Below are positions 39,711-49,725 of a stretch of 64,000 nucleotides of DNA, in pieces. Position 1 is the stretch's first letter. Each line of letters starts with the position of its first letter. Position numbers and translations under genes: made by a program. The DNA lies in the NCBI GenBank assembly GCA_964596715.1, contig CAZQVL010000014.1, positions 3,571 through 67,570 on the forward strand, given 5' to 3'. Below the pieces are notes generated by a model, which was given only the letters and a program-made list of their open reading frames with translations, made no database searches and was not told the DNA's origin. The stretch is from an uncultured Rikenellaceae bacterium (GTDB lineage: Bacteria; Bacteroidota; Bacteroidia; Bacteroidales; VadinHA17).

Positions 39711-42700
39711 ATGAGTGAGAAAATCCTTGAGACACTGATACAGTTGTTTGCAATTATTGGCAAACCTCAAAGCAATGCAAGCGAAAAGAGGAGTGTTGTT
39801 GAGGCTTTTCTAAAACGTCTGCTTAACCAGGAGCTGGTAAATGAGTATCTTTTCACTTATGATCAGGCTTTTGCTGAAGCCAGAAAAAAACTGGAAAAGA
39901 GCAGTGAAGAGAGGCGGGAGGGCGCTATTGCAATAAGGATCAGGAGGTTATGCAACCAGATTAATGAACAGGGTCAACTCGATCAGCAACAACGGATTGT
40001 TGTCGTTATTCAGGCACTTGAATTCTGTAAATCAGGTGGAACTGAGGTTAGTAAGCTTGAACTGGGATTCATAAGTACTCTGGCTGAAGGTCTGAATATT
40101 ACAGCAGAAGAGTATGAGTTCATTGAACAGTTTGTACTGAATTCCTTTACAAATATTCCATTGACTTCAAATCTTCTTGTGATAACAGGTGATAAGAATT
40201 TTACTCACACAGAAGCGAAAGTTGCATATAAAGAGTTGCTTAAAGGACAAATATGGATACTTTTCGTCCCGTCAGTTAAAACTTACTTTCTTAGATTTGC
40301 CGGTACGGGTGAGTTATCGATGAACAGTCAGCTTCTTCAGGAAAACAAAGTTTACGCTTTCAGCCAGGGTTCATCCATCAAAGGATATAAAATTACACCA
40401 ATTTATTTTTGGGATGTAACTATGCAATTCCTGAAGGAGGAATTTAAGTCGTCGCGGGTAGTTTACGAGGTTAAAAACCTTGAATACAGGTTTAAAAGCG
40501 GACAGGTTGGTATCCACCAGATGAGTTTCAGTAGCGAGTCGGGCAGAATGGTGGGTATTATGGGTGCCAGTGGCGCAGGAAAATCAACACTGCTAAGTGT
40601 ACTGAACGGAACAAATCCTCCATGTCAGGGTGATGTACTGATAAACGGAATAAACATTTACAAGGAGAGTGAAAAACTGGAAGGACTTATCGGATACGTT
40701 TCGCAGGATGACCTGTTGATAGAGGAACTTACAGTATTTGAAAACCTGTACTATAATGCAAAGCTCTGTTTCGATAATCTTCCCGAAGAAGAAATCATAA
40801 ACAGGGTAGACAGCGTTATTAGAAATCTGGGGCTCCACGAGATAAGAAATATGAAAGTCGGGAATCCTTTGGACAAAAAAATAAGCGGTGGCCAGCGTAA
40901 AAGACTCAATATTTCACTTGAACTGATACGGGAACCTGCAATAATGTTCCTTGATGAACCTACTTCAGGACTCTCATCACGAGATTCTGAAAATATTCTC
41001 GACCTGTTGAATGAACTCGCCAGGAAAGGTAAGCTTCTGTTCATTGTTATACATCAGCCCTCCTCCGACATCTTCAAAATGTTCGACAGACTGATAATAC
41101 TTGATACCGGAGGTTACATGATCTATAATGGAAATCCTATCGAATCAATCGAATATTTCAAAAGAAAAATTGAACAGGTTGACTATAATGAGAGTGAATG
41201 TTATGTATGTGGAAATGTAAATCCTGAACAGATATTCAATATAGTTGAAACCAAGGTATTTACAGAAAGTGGCAAGCCTACGGAAACACGCAGGATATCA
41301 CCTGAGGACTGGAGCAATCTATACAAGGCAGAGCAAAAAATGAAAGTTCTTGAAGAGGGCGGTCCAATCCCTGAAATCAATTTTAAAACCCCAAACAGGT
41401 TTAAACAGTTTGTCGTATTCACAAAACGCGATATACTATCAAAGATCGCAGATACGCAGTACCTGCTTATAACTCTTCTTGAAGCACCTGTTCTTGCTTT
41501 TTTCCTTGCATTCCTTATCAGATACTTTGATGAAAGTGTAAAAAATCCGGAATATACTTTATATGATAACAGTAACCTGCCGGTTTATATATTTATGTCG
41601 GTTATCGTGGCCATCTTCATGGGCCTTATTGTAAGCGCAGAAGAGATAATAAAGGACAGAAAAATTCTCAAGAGGGAAGCATTTCTCAATCTGAGCTGGA
41701 ACAGTTATCTAATGTCAAAAGTATTCGTGCAGTTTGTAATATCTGCTATTCAGGCTTTTACTTTTGTAGTGATCGGTAACGGTATAACCGGAATCAAAGG
41801 AATGATGTTTGAATACTGGTTGGTTTTGTTTACCTGCTGGGCTTCAGCAAATATTATGGGACTTGTAATTTCCGACAGCTTTAAAGCAGTTGTAACTATT
41901 TATATTTTAATTCCTTTTCTTGTAATTCCACAGATAATCCTTAGTGGAATACTTGTTAAGTTCGAAAAATTGAATCCTAATATCTCCTCCCCGGCAACAA
42001 TACCTGTTTATGGTGAATTTATTACTGCTCGGTGGGGATACGAAGCTCTTGCAGTAAATCAGTTCATAAATAATAAATATGAGAAGCAGTTTTATGTGTA
42101 CGATAAGGCTATGAGTAAAGCAAAGTACAAGAAAGACTACTGGAATATAAAACTCAAAGGCGCCCTTGAAGATATAATGCGTGATCTTGAAAATGATTCC
42201 AGAGGGGATGATTTTAACGACAATGTTTTACTTGTTTCCAATGAAATAAGTAAAGAAATGGAACTTCTGCCTGAATATGAATTCGGTTATGCTGATTTTT
42301 TGACTCCCGAAAAAATCACTCCCGGCATTGTTAATGCCGCATTAGACTATATTGAAGGGGTCCGAAGATATTATGTAGCCTACTATAATAGAGCGAATAA
42401 CCAGAAGGATGCACTGATAACCAGATTTGAGGAGGAAGATAAGGAATCGTTTCAGAAACTAAGGGATGATTATTACAATAATTCACTTGAGGAGTTTGTA
42501 TATGCGAAGAATGAAACCAGGAAAATAATTGATTATGAAGGGGAACTGGTTCAAAAACTTGAACCAATCTTCATGGATCCCAAACATATATTTATCAAGG
42601 CACATTTCTATTCTCCCGTAAAAAATATTTTCGGTTTAAGTGTTGACACATATGTGGTTAACACTATTGTGTTATGGGTAATGACTATTATGCTCTACCT

Positions 42701-42791
42701 GGTACTTTATTTCAGATTGCTTAAAAAATTACTTGATTCAGGTGAATCTATTTTGGGAAAGAGGACAAAGGAATTGGGACAGGAACAATAA
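39711..42791 (+). CDS. ABCG-type ABC transporter (fused ATPase plus ABC-2 permease) with long N- and C-terminal extensions
   Basis: 1026 aa. Walker A GASGAGKST, signature ISGGQRKRL and Walker B MFLDEPTSGL begin only around residue 290, followed by a polytopic ABC-2-like domain. Confidence 0.85.
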   Translation: MSEKILETLIQLFAIIGKPQSNASEKRSVVEAFLKRLLNQELVNEYLFTYDQAFAEARKKLEKSSEERREGAIAIRIRRLCNQINEQGQLDQQQRIVVVIQALEFCKSGGTEVSKLELGFISTLAEGLNITAEEYEFIEQFVLNSFTNIPLTSNLLVITGDKNFTHTEAKVAYKELLKGQIWILFVPSVKTYFLRFAGTGELSMNSQLLQENKVYAFSQGSSIKGYKITPIYFWDVTMQFLKEEFKSSRVVYEVKNLEYRFKSGQVGIHQMSFSSESGRMVGIMGASGAGKSTLLSVLNGTNPPCQGDVLINGINIYKESEKLEGLIGYVSQDDLLIEELTVFENLYYNAKLCFDNLPEEEIINRVDSVIRNLGLHEIRNMKVGNPLDKKISGGQRKRLNISLELIREPAIMFLDEPTSGLSSRDSENILDLLNELARKGKLLFIVIHQPSSDIFKMFDRLIILDTGGYMIYNGNPIESIEYFKRKIEQVDYNESECYVCGNVNPEQIFNIVETKVFTESGKPTETRRISPEDWSNLYKAEQKMKVLEEGGPIPEINFKTPNRFKQFVVFTKRDILSKIADTQYLLITLLEAPVLAFFLAFLIRYFDESVKNPEYTLYDNSNLPVYIFMSVIVAIFMGLIVSAEEIIKDRKILKREAFLNLSWNSYLMSKVFVQFVISAIQAFTFVVIGNGITGIKGMMFEYWLVLFTCWASANIMGLVISDSFKAVVTIYILIPFLVIPQIILSGILVKFEKLNPNISSPATIPVYGEFITARWGYEALAVNQFINNKYEKQFYVYDKAMSKAKYKKDYWNIKLKGALEDIMRDLENDSRGDDFNDNVLLVSNEISKEMELLPEYEFGYADFLTPEKITPGIVNAALDYIEGVRRYYVAYYNRANNQKDALITRFEEEDKESFQKLRDDYYNNSLEEFVYAKNETRKIIDYEGELVQKLEPIFMDPKHIFIKAHFYSPVKNIFGLSVDTYVVNTIVLWVMTIMLYLVLYFRLLKKLLDSGESILGKRTKELGQEQ

Positions 42792-42801
42792 CTGCAAAAA
42801 C

Positions 42802-42832
42802 AAGAGGCCGTCTCAGGGGAGACAGCCTTCTT
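42802..42832. terminator. bidirectional hairpin terminator between convergent genes
   Basis: aagaggccgtctc-aggg-gagacagccttctt gives about 12 bp with one mismatch and one bulge. An A-run on the left supplies a U-tract for the minus-strand siaBC-like transcript. Confidence 0.6.
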
Positions 42833-42885
42833 AATTTCTGGAATAAAAACCGATCTGATAAAGGGAAATTTAATATATATTATTC

Positions 42886-43305
42886 TTATTCTTCAATCTC
42901 AATCATCTTAAATGGAACTCTTATTATAGATTCATAATCCTCGCCAGCTTCAAGCATGTCTTCGTCATCTTCCTCATAATACCAGTTCACCTCAACATCA
43001 TTCTTCAACTTATGTATAGCTTCGAGCTTTTTGAATACATCAAGAATACATTTTGAAGAGCTTGTATTAAAGTATTCAAGCCGGATATTAACAACCGTCT
43101 TGTTCAGGGGAGTTTCTTTATAATTGTCGAGCCAGTCTACCAGCGGTTTGTAGAACTCAACAGAGTTCTCAGGTATTGAACGACCTTTAATTTCAAAAAT
43201 ACCTTCCGAAGCATCAAATCTTACAGTTGGTGTTTTAGGTGTTCCTTCGATGACGATCGGTTCCATATCAGCCAGTTTTTCGTTGTTGGTTTCAAATTTC
43301 TTCAT
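42886..43305 (-). CDS. DUF1987 / SiaC-family regulatory phosphoprotein
   Basis: 139 aa. GTPKTPTVRFDASEGIFEIKGRSIPENSVEFYKPLVDWLDNY matches the DUF1987 N-terminal signature as I recall it. Confidence 0.75.
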   Translation of the reverse strand: MKKFETNNEKLADMEPIVIEGTPKTPTVRFDASEGIFEIKGRSIPENSVEFYKPLVDWLDNYKETPLNKTVVNIRLEYFNTSSSKCILDVFKKLEAIHKLKNDVEVNWYYEEDDEDMLEAGEDYESIIRVPFKMIEIEE

Positions 43306-43852
43306 TTACTAAAATATTGAGATAGAAAAAAGAATATTTTTCATTATACTCTTGAAAAGAATATTCAAGCTTATTGCCTGTCTTTCTGGCTATATCAACC
43401 AGACCCAGTCCACCTCCTCCTTTTGTAGTGATCCTCTGATGATTAAGTATGAATTTGTATAGTTCTTTAATCTCCTCATGATTCGATCTGTTAATCCTTT
43501 TAATCTTCTCCTCGAGCTTTTCAACATTATCAGTACGCACAAAGTTACCTGTCATAATCTTATACCCTTCGTCAACTTTTTCCACAGCCAGTATTCCATA
43601 TTTCTCAGCAGACTGATCTTCAAAGTCTTCCGGCACTCTGTCAACATGATGATATAGATTTTGGAGACTTTCAACAAGAACATTATAGACCTTTTTCCTA
43701 AGTTTAGATTGTTCATTTACCTGAACCAGTTTATCCTCAACAGTATCAAGAACCTGATTTATGACTTCCGAATCAACATTACCCTTATAATAAAGGATAA
43801 CATTTCCGTTAGACTGGTTAGTAAAATAATTCTCTACATTAAAGCTCATCAA
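43292..43852 (-). CDS. SiaB-family (RsbW-like HATPase) protein kinase
   Basis: 186 aa. GGGLGLVDIARKTGNKLEY G2-box and overall similarity to the SiaB/DUF6272 family. Overlaps the next gene by 14 nt. Confidence 0.75.
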   Translation of the reverse strand: MMSFNVENYFTNQSNGNVILYYKGNVDSEVINQVLDTVEDKLVQVNEQSKLRKKVYNVLVESLQNLYHHVDRVPEDFEDQSAEKYGILAVEKVDEGYKIMTGNFVRTDNVEKLEEKIKRINRSNHEEIKELYKFILNHQRITTKGGGGLGLVDIARKTGNKLEYSFQEYNEKYSFFYLNILVNEEI

Positions 43853-43889
43853 AGCTTCATTTTGGATAAGGTCAAAAATTTTCTGTTAA

Positions 43890-43897
43890 CAAATATA
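43890..43897 (-). promoter_or_regulatory. candidate -7 promoter box TAtaTTTG for the siaB/siaC-like pair
   Basis: Exact TAnnTTTG on the minus strand, 38 nt upstream of the ATG at 43852. Confidence 0.45.
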
Positions 43898-44016
43898 ATA
43901 AAAATATGAAGTTAGCAAATTATAACCATTTCACTTTGATGATTTTTAGATATTGACGCAAAATTTTGATTAAAGCTTCAGTTATTTGTGATAAAAGCCA
44001 ATCTGGCAAAGATTTA

Positions 44017-45156
44017 TTATCTATTCTTCTTCCGTGTTCCCTGGTACATCTCATATTTAACAAAAGTGCATTCCAGAGCCCCGTTATAAAGGGTGTTTTT
44101 TTGTATTGGTTTCAGTCCAACGTGTTTGAGAGCTTCCCTGTCTGCAGTAATTATCAGGGCTGTACTTCCGGCAAAATTATGCTTCAATGTTGATCCGATC
44201 ATGCTGTAAAGCTCCTCAATTACGGTTGTTTTGATCCTTTTGCCGTAAGGAGGATTTATAAATACAAAACTGTCGCTTTCTTTAGGTTTTATGCTTTTAA
44301 AATCTGATACTTCCAGGTATATCAAATTGTTCAGTCCTGCATTGAGGATATTGGCCCTGGCTTTCGAAACAGCATTTTCTGATATATCGCTTGCGTAAAT
44401 TTTCACCTGCGAGTTTATGATTTGTTTATTTGCTTCTTGCCTGATTTTTTCATATAACTCAGAATCATAATTTTTCCATCTCTGGAATCCAAAAAATGAT
44501 CTGAATTTTCCCGGGGGTATCCTATGGGCGATCAAACATGCCTCAATGGGAATGGTTCCTGATCCACACATTGGATCAACAAGGGAAAACCGGGAATCCC
44601 AGCCGGAGAGTTTTATCATACCGGCTGCAAGTACTTCATTAAGAGGTGCAGGAAATTGTCCTTTACGGTATCCACGTTTAAACAACTGAACAACTGAAGA
44701 ATCAATGGAGACATTAACAGTATCGTTACTGATATGCAGATTTATTACAAGCTTCGGATCAGTTGTGTCAACCGAAGGCCTGTTTCCAAACCTTTTGCTG
44801 AACCAGTCTGCAATTGAATCTTTCAGCAACAATCCTGCATAGCCAGTATGACGGAATATCTTTGAATTGACTACGGGAACTACAGAAAAGGTATCGTCAC
44901 AACCCAGGTATTTATCCCATTCAAGTCTCATACAATTATTATACAAGTCGTATGAAGATCCTATCCTGAATTCAGCTATACTTGCCAGTACCGAAAGCGC
45001 GAGCCTGGAGCAGTAATTAACCTTGTATAATAAATATGAGTTACCTTCAAACAAAACGGCCCTGTTTGCAGATCGTATATCACCAGCGCCAAGACTTTCC
45101 AGCTCTTCTGCCAGGACCTTTTCAAGCCCGAAAAGAGTCTTTGCTATTAATCTCAT
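44017..45156 (-). CDS. THUMP-domain class I SAM-dependent RNA methyltransferase (RlmL/UPF0020-like)
   Basis: 379 aa. DPMCGSGTI SAM motif and NPPYG catalytic motif. Confidence 0.8.
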   Translation of the reverse strand: MRLIAKTLFGLEKVLAEELESLGAGDIRSANRAVLFEGNSYLLYKVNYCSRLALSVLASIAEFRIGSSYDLYNNCMRLEWDKYLGCDDTFSVVPVVNSKIFRHTGYAGLLLKDSIADWFSKRFGNRPSVDTTDPKLVINLHISNDTVNVSIDSSVVQLFKRGYRKGQFPAPLNEVLAAGMIKLSGWDSRFSLVDPMCGSGTIPIEACLIAHRIPPGKFRSFFGFQRWKNYDSELYEKIRQEANKQIINSQVKIYASDISENAVSKARANILNAGLNNLIYLEVSDFKSIKPKESDSFVFINPPYGKRIKTTVIEELYSMIGSTLKHNFAGSTALIITADREALKHVGLKPIQKNTLYNGALECTFVKYEMYQGTRKKNR

Positions 45157-45177
45157 CCTATTATTCGGTGACCAGAA

Positions 45178-46785
45178 TTACCGGTATCCTAGAATTTTAT
45201 TATATGTTGTTTTGTCTGAGATTACTTCGAGGGCTTTTTCGATTACCAGGTCTCCTTCATTCATAACTCGGAAATACTCATTGGTCTGCCACATATTAGT
45301 GGCTACAAGGGCTTTTAAAGCCTTAAGTATATCATTCTGAGATATTTTATACTGACTTTCATTAAATTTTATCCCGGCATCTTCACCTTTTTTTATTAGA
45401 GCTTTCACATCCTCTGACGAAAACGCAAACGTATCATGAAAATCGTCAAACGTCGTGTATCCTGAGGTAAGTTTGTTCCTGTTACGGTCAGAGTATTCAA
45501 GTGCAAAAGTATTTATAATTCCACGACGTACAAGATTCCTGAAATAATCTGTATTACCTGATGTGTCAGCTGCAACAAAGATATCAGGCATGATACCTCC
45601 CCCGCCATATACGATACGGTTATTAACAAGTGTTTTAAACCTCAGGGAATCAGGGAAACGAATACTGTCAGCTGTCATCATTTCACCATTAGTATATCTT
45701 TTGTAAAAATTCTCAATATACTTATCATAGCCTTCATCATACGGGCTTTGTATTGAACGCCCTGTTGGTGTATAATAACGTGCAACAGTAAGTCTTATCA
45801 TCGAACCATCATTCAGATAGTAGCCATGCTGCACTAATCCTTTTCCAAATGTTCTGCGTCCCATAATAACTCCACGATCCCAATCCTGAAGGGCTCCTGC
45901 CAGAATTTCACTTGCTGACGCTGAGCCTTCATCGACCAGGACAACTACTCTTGCGGAAGAGAGGTTTCCTTCACCTTCAGATTTAAACTCCTGCCTCGGA
46001 GTTTTTCTGCCACGCAGGTAAACCAGAAGTTTCTGATTATAGAAAAACTTATCAGCAACTGCTGTTGCAGCAAGCATATAACCTCCTCCATTACCCCTGA
46101 GGTCGAGTACAAGGTTTTGCATATAATTTTTTTTCAAAAGCGCTACAGCCTCTGAAAATTCCTTCCCGGTAGGTGAAGCAAATTTGTTCAGCCTGATGTA
46201 ACCTGTTTCATTATCAAGCATATATGCGGCATCAAGACTATTAATAGGTATTTTATCCCTAATAATAGTAAAGTCCAGCAGTTCTTTCTCCCCTTTTCGG
46301 AAAACGTTGATATTCACTTTCGTACCTTTCGCACCCATAAGACGGCTGCGGACACCTGATGTCGAGATTCCTATTCCTGTTACCTTCTCACTATCAATCA
46401 TTACTATCCTGTCCCCTGCACGTAATCCCACCTTCTCCGATGGGCCGCCCGGTAAAGGTTCTATTACGATAATTGTGTCGTACAGTAAATTAAATTGTAT
46501 CCCTATCCCTTCAAAATTACCATTTAAAGGCTCGTTCATCTCTTTTACATCTTTGGCAGAAATATATACCGAATGCGGATCGAGATTCCTGAGAGTCTCA
46601 ATAATAACAGTTTCAGTAAGACTGTTCACGTTCACAGAATCAACATAAAATGCATCTATCAGATTTAATGTTCTCCCTATTTTGAAAGTACCTTCAGTAA
46701 GTACCTGTGAAAAGGCAGGTCGATTTAATAAACCGTGTACTATTACTGCTGCAATCAATATGCTTAATCTTATCCTTATTTTCAT
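45178..46785 (-). CDS. S41 family C-terminal processing peptidase
   Basis: 535 aa. Signal peptide, PDZ region (GLRAGDRIVMID), and GSASASEI and TFGKG motifs. Confidence 0.85.
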   Translation of the reverse strand: MKIRIRLSILIAAVIVHGLLNRPAFSQVLTEGTFKIGRTLNLIDAFYVDSVNVNSLTETVIIETLRNLDPHSVYISAKDVKEMNEPLNGNFEGIGIQFNLLYDTIIVIEPLPGGPSEKVGLRAGDRIVMIDSEKVTGIGISTSGVRSRLMGAKGTKVNINVFRKGEKELLDFTIIRDKIPINSLDAAYMLDNETGYIRLNKFASPTGKEFSEAVALLKKNYMQNLVLDLRGNGGGYMLAATAVADKFFYNQKLLVYLRGRKTPRQEFKSEGEGNLSSARVVVLVDEGSASASEILAGALQDWDRGVIMGRRTFGKGLVQHGYYLNDGSMIRLTVARYYTPTGRSIQSPYDEGYDKYIENFYKRYTNGEMMTADSIRFPDSLRFKTLVNNRIVYGGGGIMPDIFVAADTSGNTDYFRNLVRRGIINTFALEYSDRNRNKLTSGYTTFDDFHDTFAFSSEDVKALIKKGEDAGIKFNESQYKISQNDILKALKALVATNMWQTNEYFRVMNEGDLVIEKALEVISDKTTYNKILGYR

Positions 46786-46832
46786 TTGTGAAGCTTTTTA
46801 TTCTTAATATTAAATATTCAATTTTAAAACAA

Positions 46833-48362
46833 TCATTCCCATTCAATTGTTGAGGGAGGTTTTGAACTGATATCGTATACAACTCTGTTTATTCCCTTTA
46901 CTTTATTAATTATCTCATTAGATATTGTTCCAAGGAAATCATATGGCAGGTGGGACCAGTCAGCTGTCATACCGTCAGTTGATCCAACTGCCCTCAGCAC
47001 AACAGTTTTTTCATAAGTTCTTTCATCACCCATCACTCCTACTGACTGAACAGGAAGAAGTATAACTCCGGCCTGCCATACCGAATCATACAATCCATAC
47101 TTCCTGAGTCCCTCTATAAATATTTCATCTGCTTCTTTAAGCATTTCCAGCTTTTCCCTTGTTATCTTTCCGAGTAATCGTATTGCCAGTCCCGGACCAG
47201 GAAAAGGATGCCTTTCCAGGATAGCTTCCGGCACACCAAGTGCCTGACCCACTTTTCGTACCTCATCTTTAAAAAGGAGCCTGAGAGGTTCAACTATTTT
47301 AAGATGCATTTTTTCCGGTAAGCCTCCCACATTATGATGCGATTTGATTGTTACGGAAGGTCCGTGCACTGATGCGGATTCAATTACATCCGGATAAATA
47401 GTTCCCTGGGCAAGCCAATTAACATTCTCTATTTTATGAGCCTCTTCATCAAAGACTTCGACAAATACCCTGCCAATGATTTTTCTTTTTGTTTCCGGAT
47501 CACTAACTCCTTCAAGTTGATCAAGGAACCTGTCGCAAGCCCTGATACCTTTAACATTTAATCCAAGATCCACGCAGGATTCAAGTACTCTTTCAAATTC
47601 GTTCTTTCTCAGCAGGCCGTTATCAACAAAAATACAGGTAAGATTTTTTCCAATGGCCTTGTTTAACAAGGCAGCGGCCACAGTCGAATCTACGCCTCCG
47701 GAAAGACCAAGGATCACCTTATCGTCACCAAGCTGTTTTTCCAGGTTAATCACCGCAGTCTCTACAAATGATCCGGGGGTCCAGGTTTGGCTACATCCGC
47801 AAATACCTGTAACAAAATTTGATAATATTTGTCTCCCCTGTATTGTATGGTACACTTCGGGATGGAACTGAATTCCCCATGTGAATTCGCCATTTATTCT
47901 GAAAGCACCTGCCTTCACATCAGCCGTAGAGGCTGTTATTTTATATCCTTCCGGGATTCTGACTATCGTATCACCATGAGACATCCAAACCTGTGTCCCA
48001 GGCTGAATATCTCTGAATAATAGGTCATCATTGTTTATATAAATCAGATTTGCTCTTCCATATTCTCGTGTTGCGGAAGGCAGCACTTCCCCACCAAAAC
48101 TCTGTACCAGGTATTGTGCTCCGTAACAAACTCCCAGAAGAGGGATTCTCCCTTTTATTATTGACAGATCGGGATATGGAGCATGTTTGTCGCGGACTGA
48201 GAAAGGGCTTCCTGAAAGGATTACACCTCTGACAGTTTGATCGGGAGTTGGAAAATTATTAAAAGGAAATATTTCGCAATAAACATTTATTTCACGCACT
48301 CTCCTGGCTATCAATTGAGTATATTGCGAACCAAAATCAAGGATCAAAATTTTATCCTGCAC
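46833..48362 (-). CDS. guaA: glutamine-hydrolysing GMP synthase
   Basis: 509 aa with a GTG start. [28 protein letters not shown]-loop and C-terminal PPSTIEWE. Confidence 0.97.
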   Translation of the reverse strand: MQDKILILDFGSQYTQLIARRVREINVYCEIFPFNNFPTPDQTVRGVILSGSPFSVRDKHAPYPDLSIIKGRIPLLGVCYGAQYLVQSFGGEVLPSATREYGRANLIYINNDDLLFRDIQPGTQVWMSHGDTIVRIPEGYKITASTADVKAGAFRINGEFTWGIQFHPEVYHTIQGRQILSNFVTGICGCSQTWTPGSFVETAVINLEKQLGDDKVILGLSGGVDSTVAAALLNKAIGKNLTCIFVDNGLLRKNEFERVLESCVDLGLNVKGIRACDRFLDQLEGVSDPETKRKIIGRVFVEVFDEEAHKIENVNWLAQGTIYPDVIESASVHGPSVTIKSHHNVGGLPEKMHLKIVEPLRLLFKDEVRKVGQALGVPEAILERHPFPGPGLAIRLLGKITREKLEMLKEADEIFIEGLRKYGLYDSVWQAGVILLPVQSVGVMGDERTYEKTVVLRAVGSTDGMTADWSHLPYDFLGTISNEIINKVKGINRVVYDISSKPPSTIEWE

Positions 48363-48411
48363 TCCCTTTGGTTTTAGGTTTTAAACGGTCACAAAGATAG
48401 AAATTCTTTTG

Positions 48412-49335
48412 CTATGGATTCATATTATTCTCAATCTTGTATGTCTGACCATCTATTGCCGGGTAGGTATTAGGGAAGACAGATCTTGCTTCATCTACCA
48501 GTTTAGTTACATCTTTATAACGGGCTGAAAAATGTCCAATAATAAGTGTTCCGGCACCTGCTTTTTTTGCTGTTTTTGCTGCATCGAGTGTTGTCGAGTG
48601 GCCGGTTTCACTGGCAAGGTCATTAAGACTCTTATCGAATGTTGCTTCATGATAAAGAAGGTCAACATCTTTAATAAAGGAGACTAAACGATTAAAAAAC
48701 ATTGTATCACTGCAATAAGCATATGACAGAGGTTTTGGAGGTGGAATTGTAATATCCTCATTTTTAATAACCAATCCGTCTTTTGTTACAAAATCCGCGC
48801 CTTTTTTGATTGCCGGAATTCTGGCAACCGGAATTTCGTATCTGGTTATGCACTCTTTGATTATATTACGGTCGGTGACTTTTTCCCTGAAAAGAAATCC
48901 ATATGTAGGGATACGATGTTTCAGGGGGAAAGATGTAACTGTAACATGTTTATTATCAAGTATTTTAACAGGATCATTCCCCAATAGTGGTATAAATTCA
49001 ATATCAAAATTGAGATGAATATCAAAATCGGTCAGGTGCGATTGAAGCATATGATTATACTCCTCAGGGGCATAAAGATACACAGGATTCTGTCTGCCCA
49101 TCAGGTTGAAGGTAGAAAGGAGGCCATAGAGTCCGAAAATATGATCGCCATGCAGGTGACTTATAAATATATGATTTATTTTTCCGAATCTGATTCTGTT
49201 TTTTCTTAGTTGCATCTGTGTACCTTCACCACAGTCTATTAAGAACAACCGCTCATGTACATTAAGGACATGAGCGGTTGGATATCTTTCTGATGTCGGT
49301 AAAGCAGAACTACTGCCAAGTATTGTCAGTCTCAT
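48412..49335 (-). CDS. rnz: ribonuclease Z
   Basis: MBL fold with HLHGDH motif. The ORF track starts at GTG 49353, but MRLTILGSSSA from ATG 49335 matches the usual RNase Z N-terminus. Confidence 0.85.
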   Translation of the reverse strand: MRLTILGSSSALPTSERYPTAHVLNVHERLFLIDCGEGTQMQLRKNRIRFGKINHIFISHLHGDHIFGLYGLLSTFNLMGRQNPVYLYAPEEYNHMLQSHLTDFDIHLNFDIEFIPLLGNDPVKILDNKHVTVTSFPLKHRIPTYGFLFREKVTDRNIIKECITRYEIPVARIPAIKKGADFVTKDGLVIKNEDITIPPPKPLSYAYCSDTMFFNRLVSFIKDVDLLYHEATFDKSLNDLASETGHSTTLDAAKTAKKAGAGTLIIGHFSARYKDVTKLVDEARSVFPNTYPAIDGQTYKIENNMNP

Positions 49336-49358
49336 TGGCACACTACGTTGCACCGGCT

Positions 49359-49697
49359 TTAAGATATCATCTTTTCAGCATCAGCAACTGATCCTGTGAT
49401 TGTAAGTACAGTATCAAGCTGTGAAATGGTTATCAGTCTTTCCACTGCTTCATTTAAACCGCACAAAACAAAGGTGCCACCGGCATTTTTACACAATCTG
49501 TTAGCTACCAGTATAGCACTCAGACCAGAAGAGTCGCAGTACTGACATTTTTCAAGATCAAGGATGATATTTTTTTCACCCTTACCTGAAACAAGCACAA
49601 GTTCCGATTTTAGCGCAGGTGCTATATGAGTATCAAGCTTCTCCGACTGAATCTGAATAACTGTGCTGTTATTCCGGGTTTCAATATTGAAATCCAT
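49359..49697 (-). CDS. STAS domain protein (anti-sigma-factor antagonist family)
   Basis: 112 aa. YCDSSGLSAIL conserved Ser context. Lies between rpsA and rnz. Confidence 0.8.
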   Translation of the reverse strand: MDFNIETRNNSTVIQIQSEKLDTHIAPALKSELVLVSGKGEKNIILDLEKCQYCDSSGLSAILVANRLCKNAGGTFVLCGLNEAVERLITISQLDTVLTITGSVADAEKMIS

Positions 49698-49725
49698 AGT
49701 TATAATTTTAATAGCCTAAATTTAA

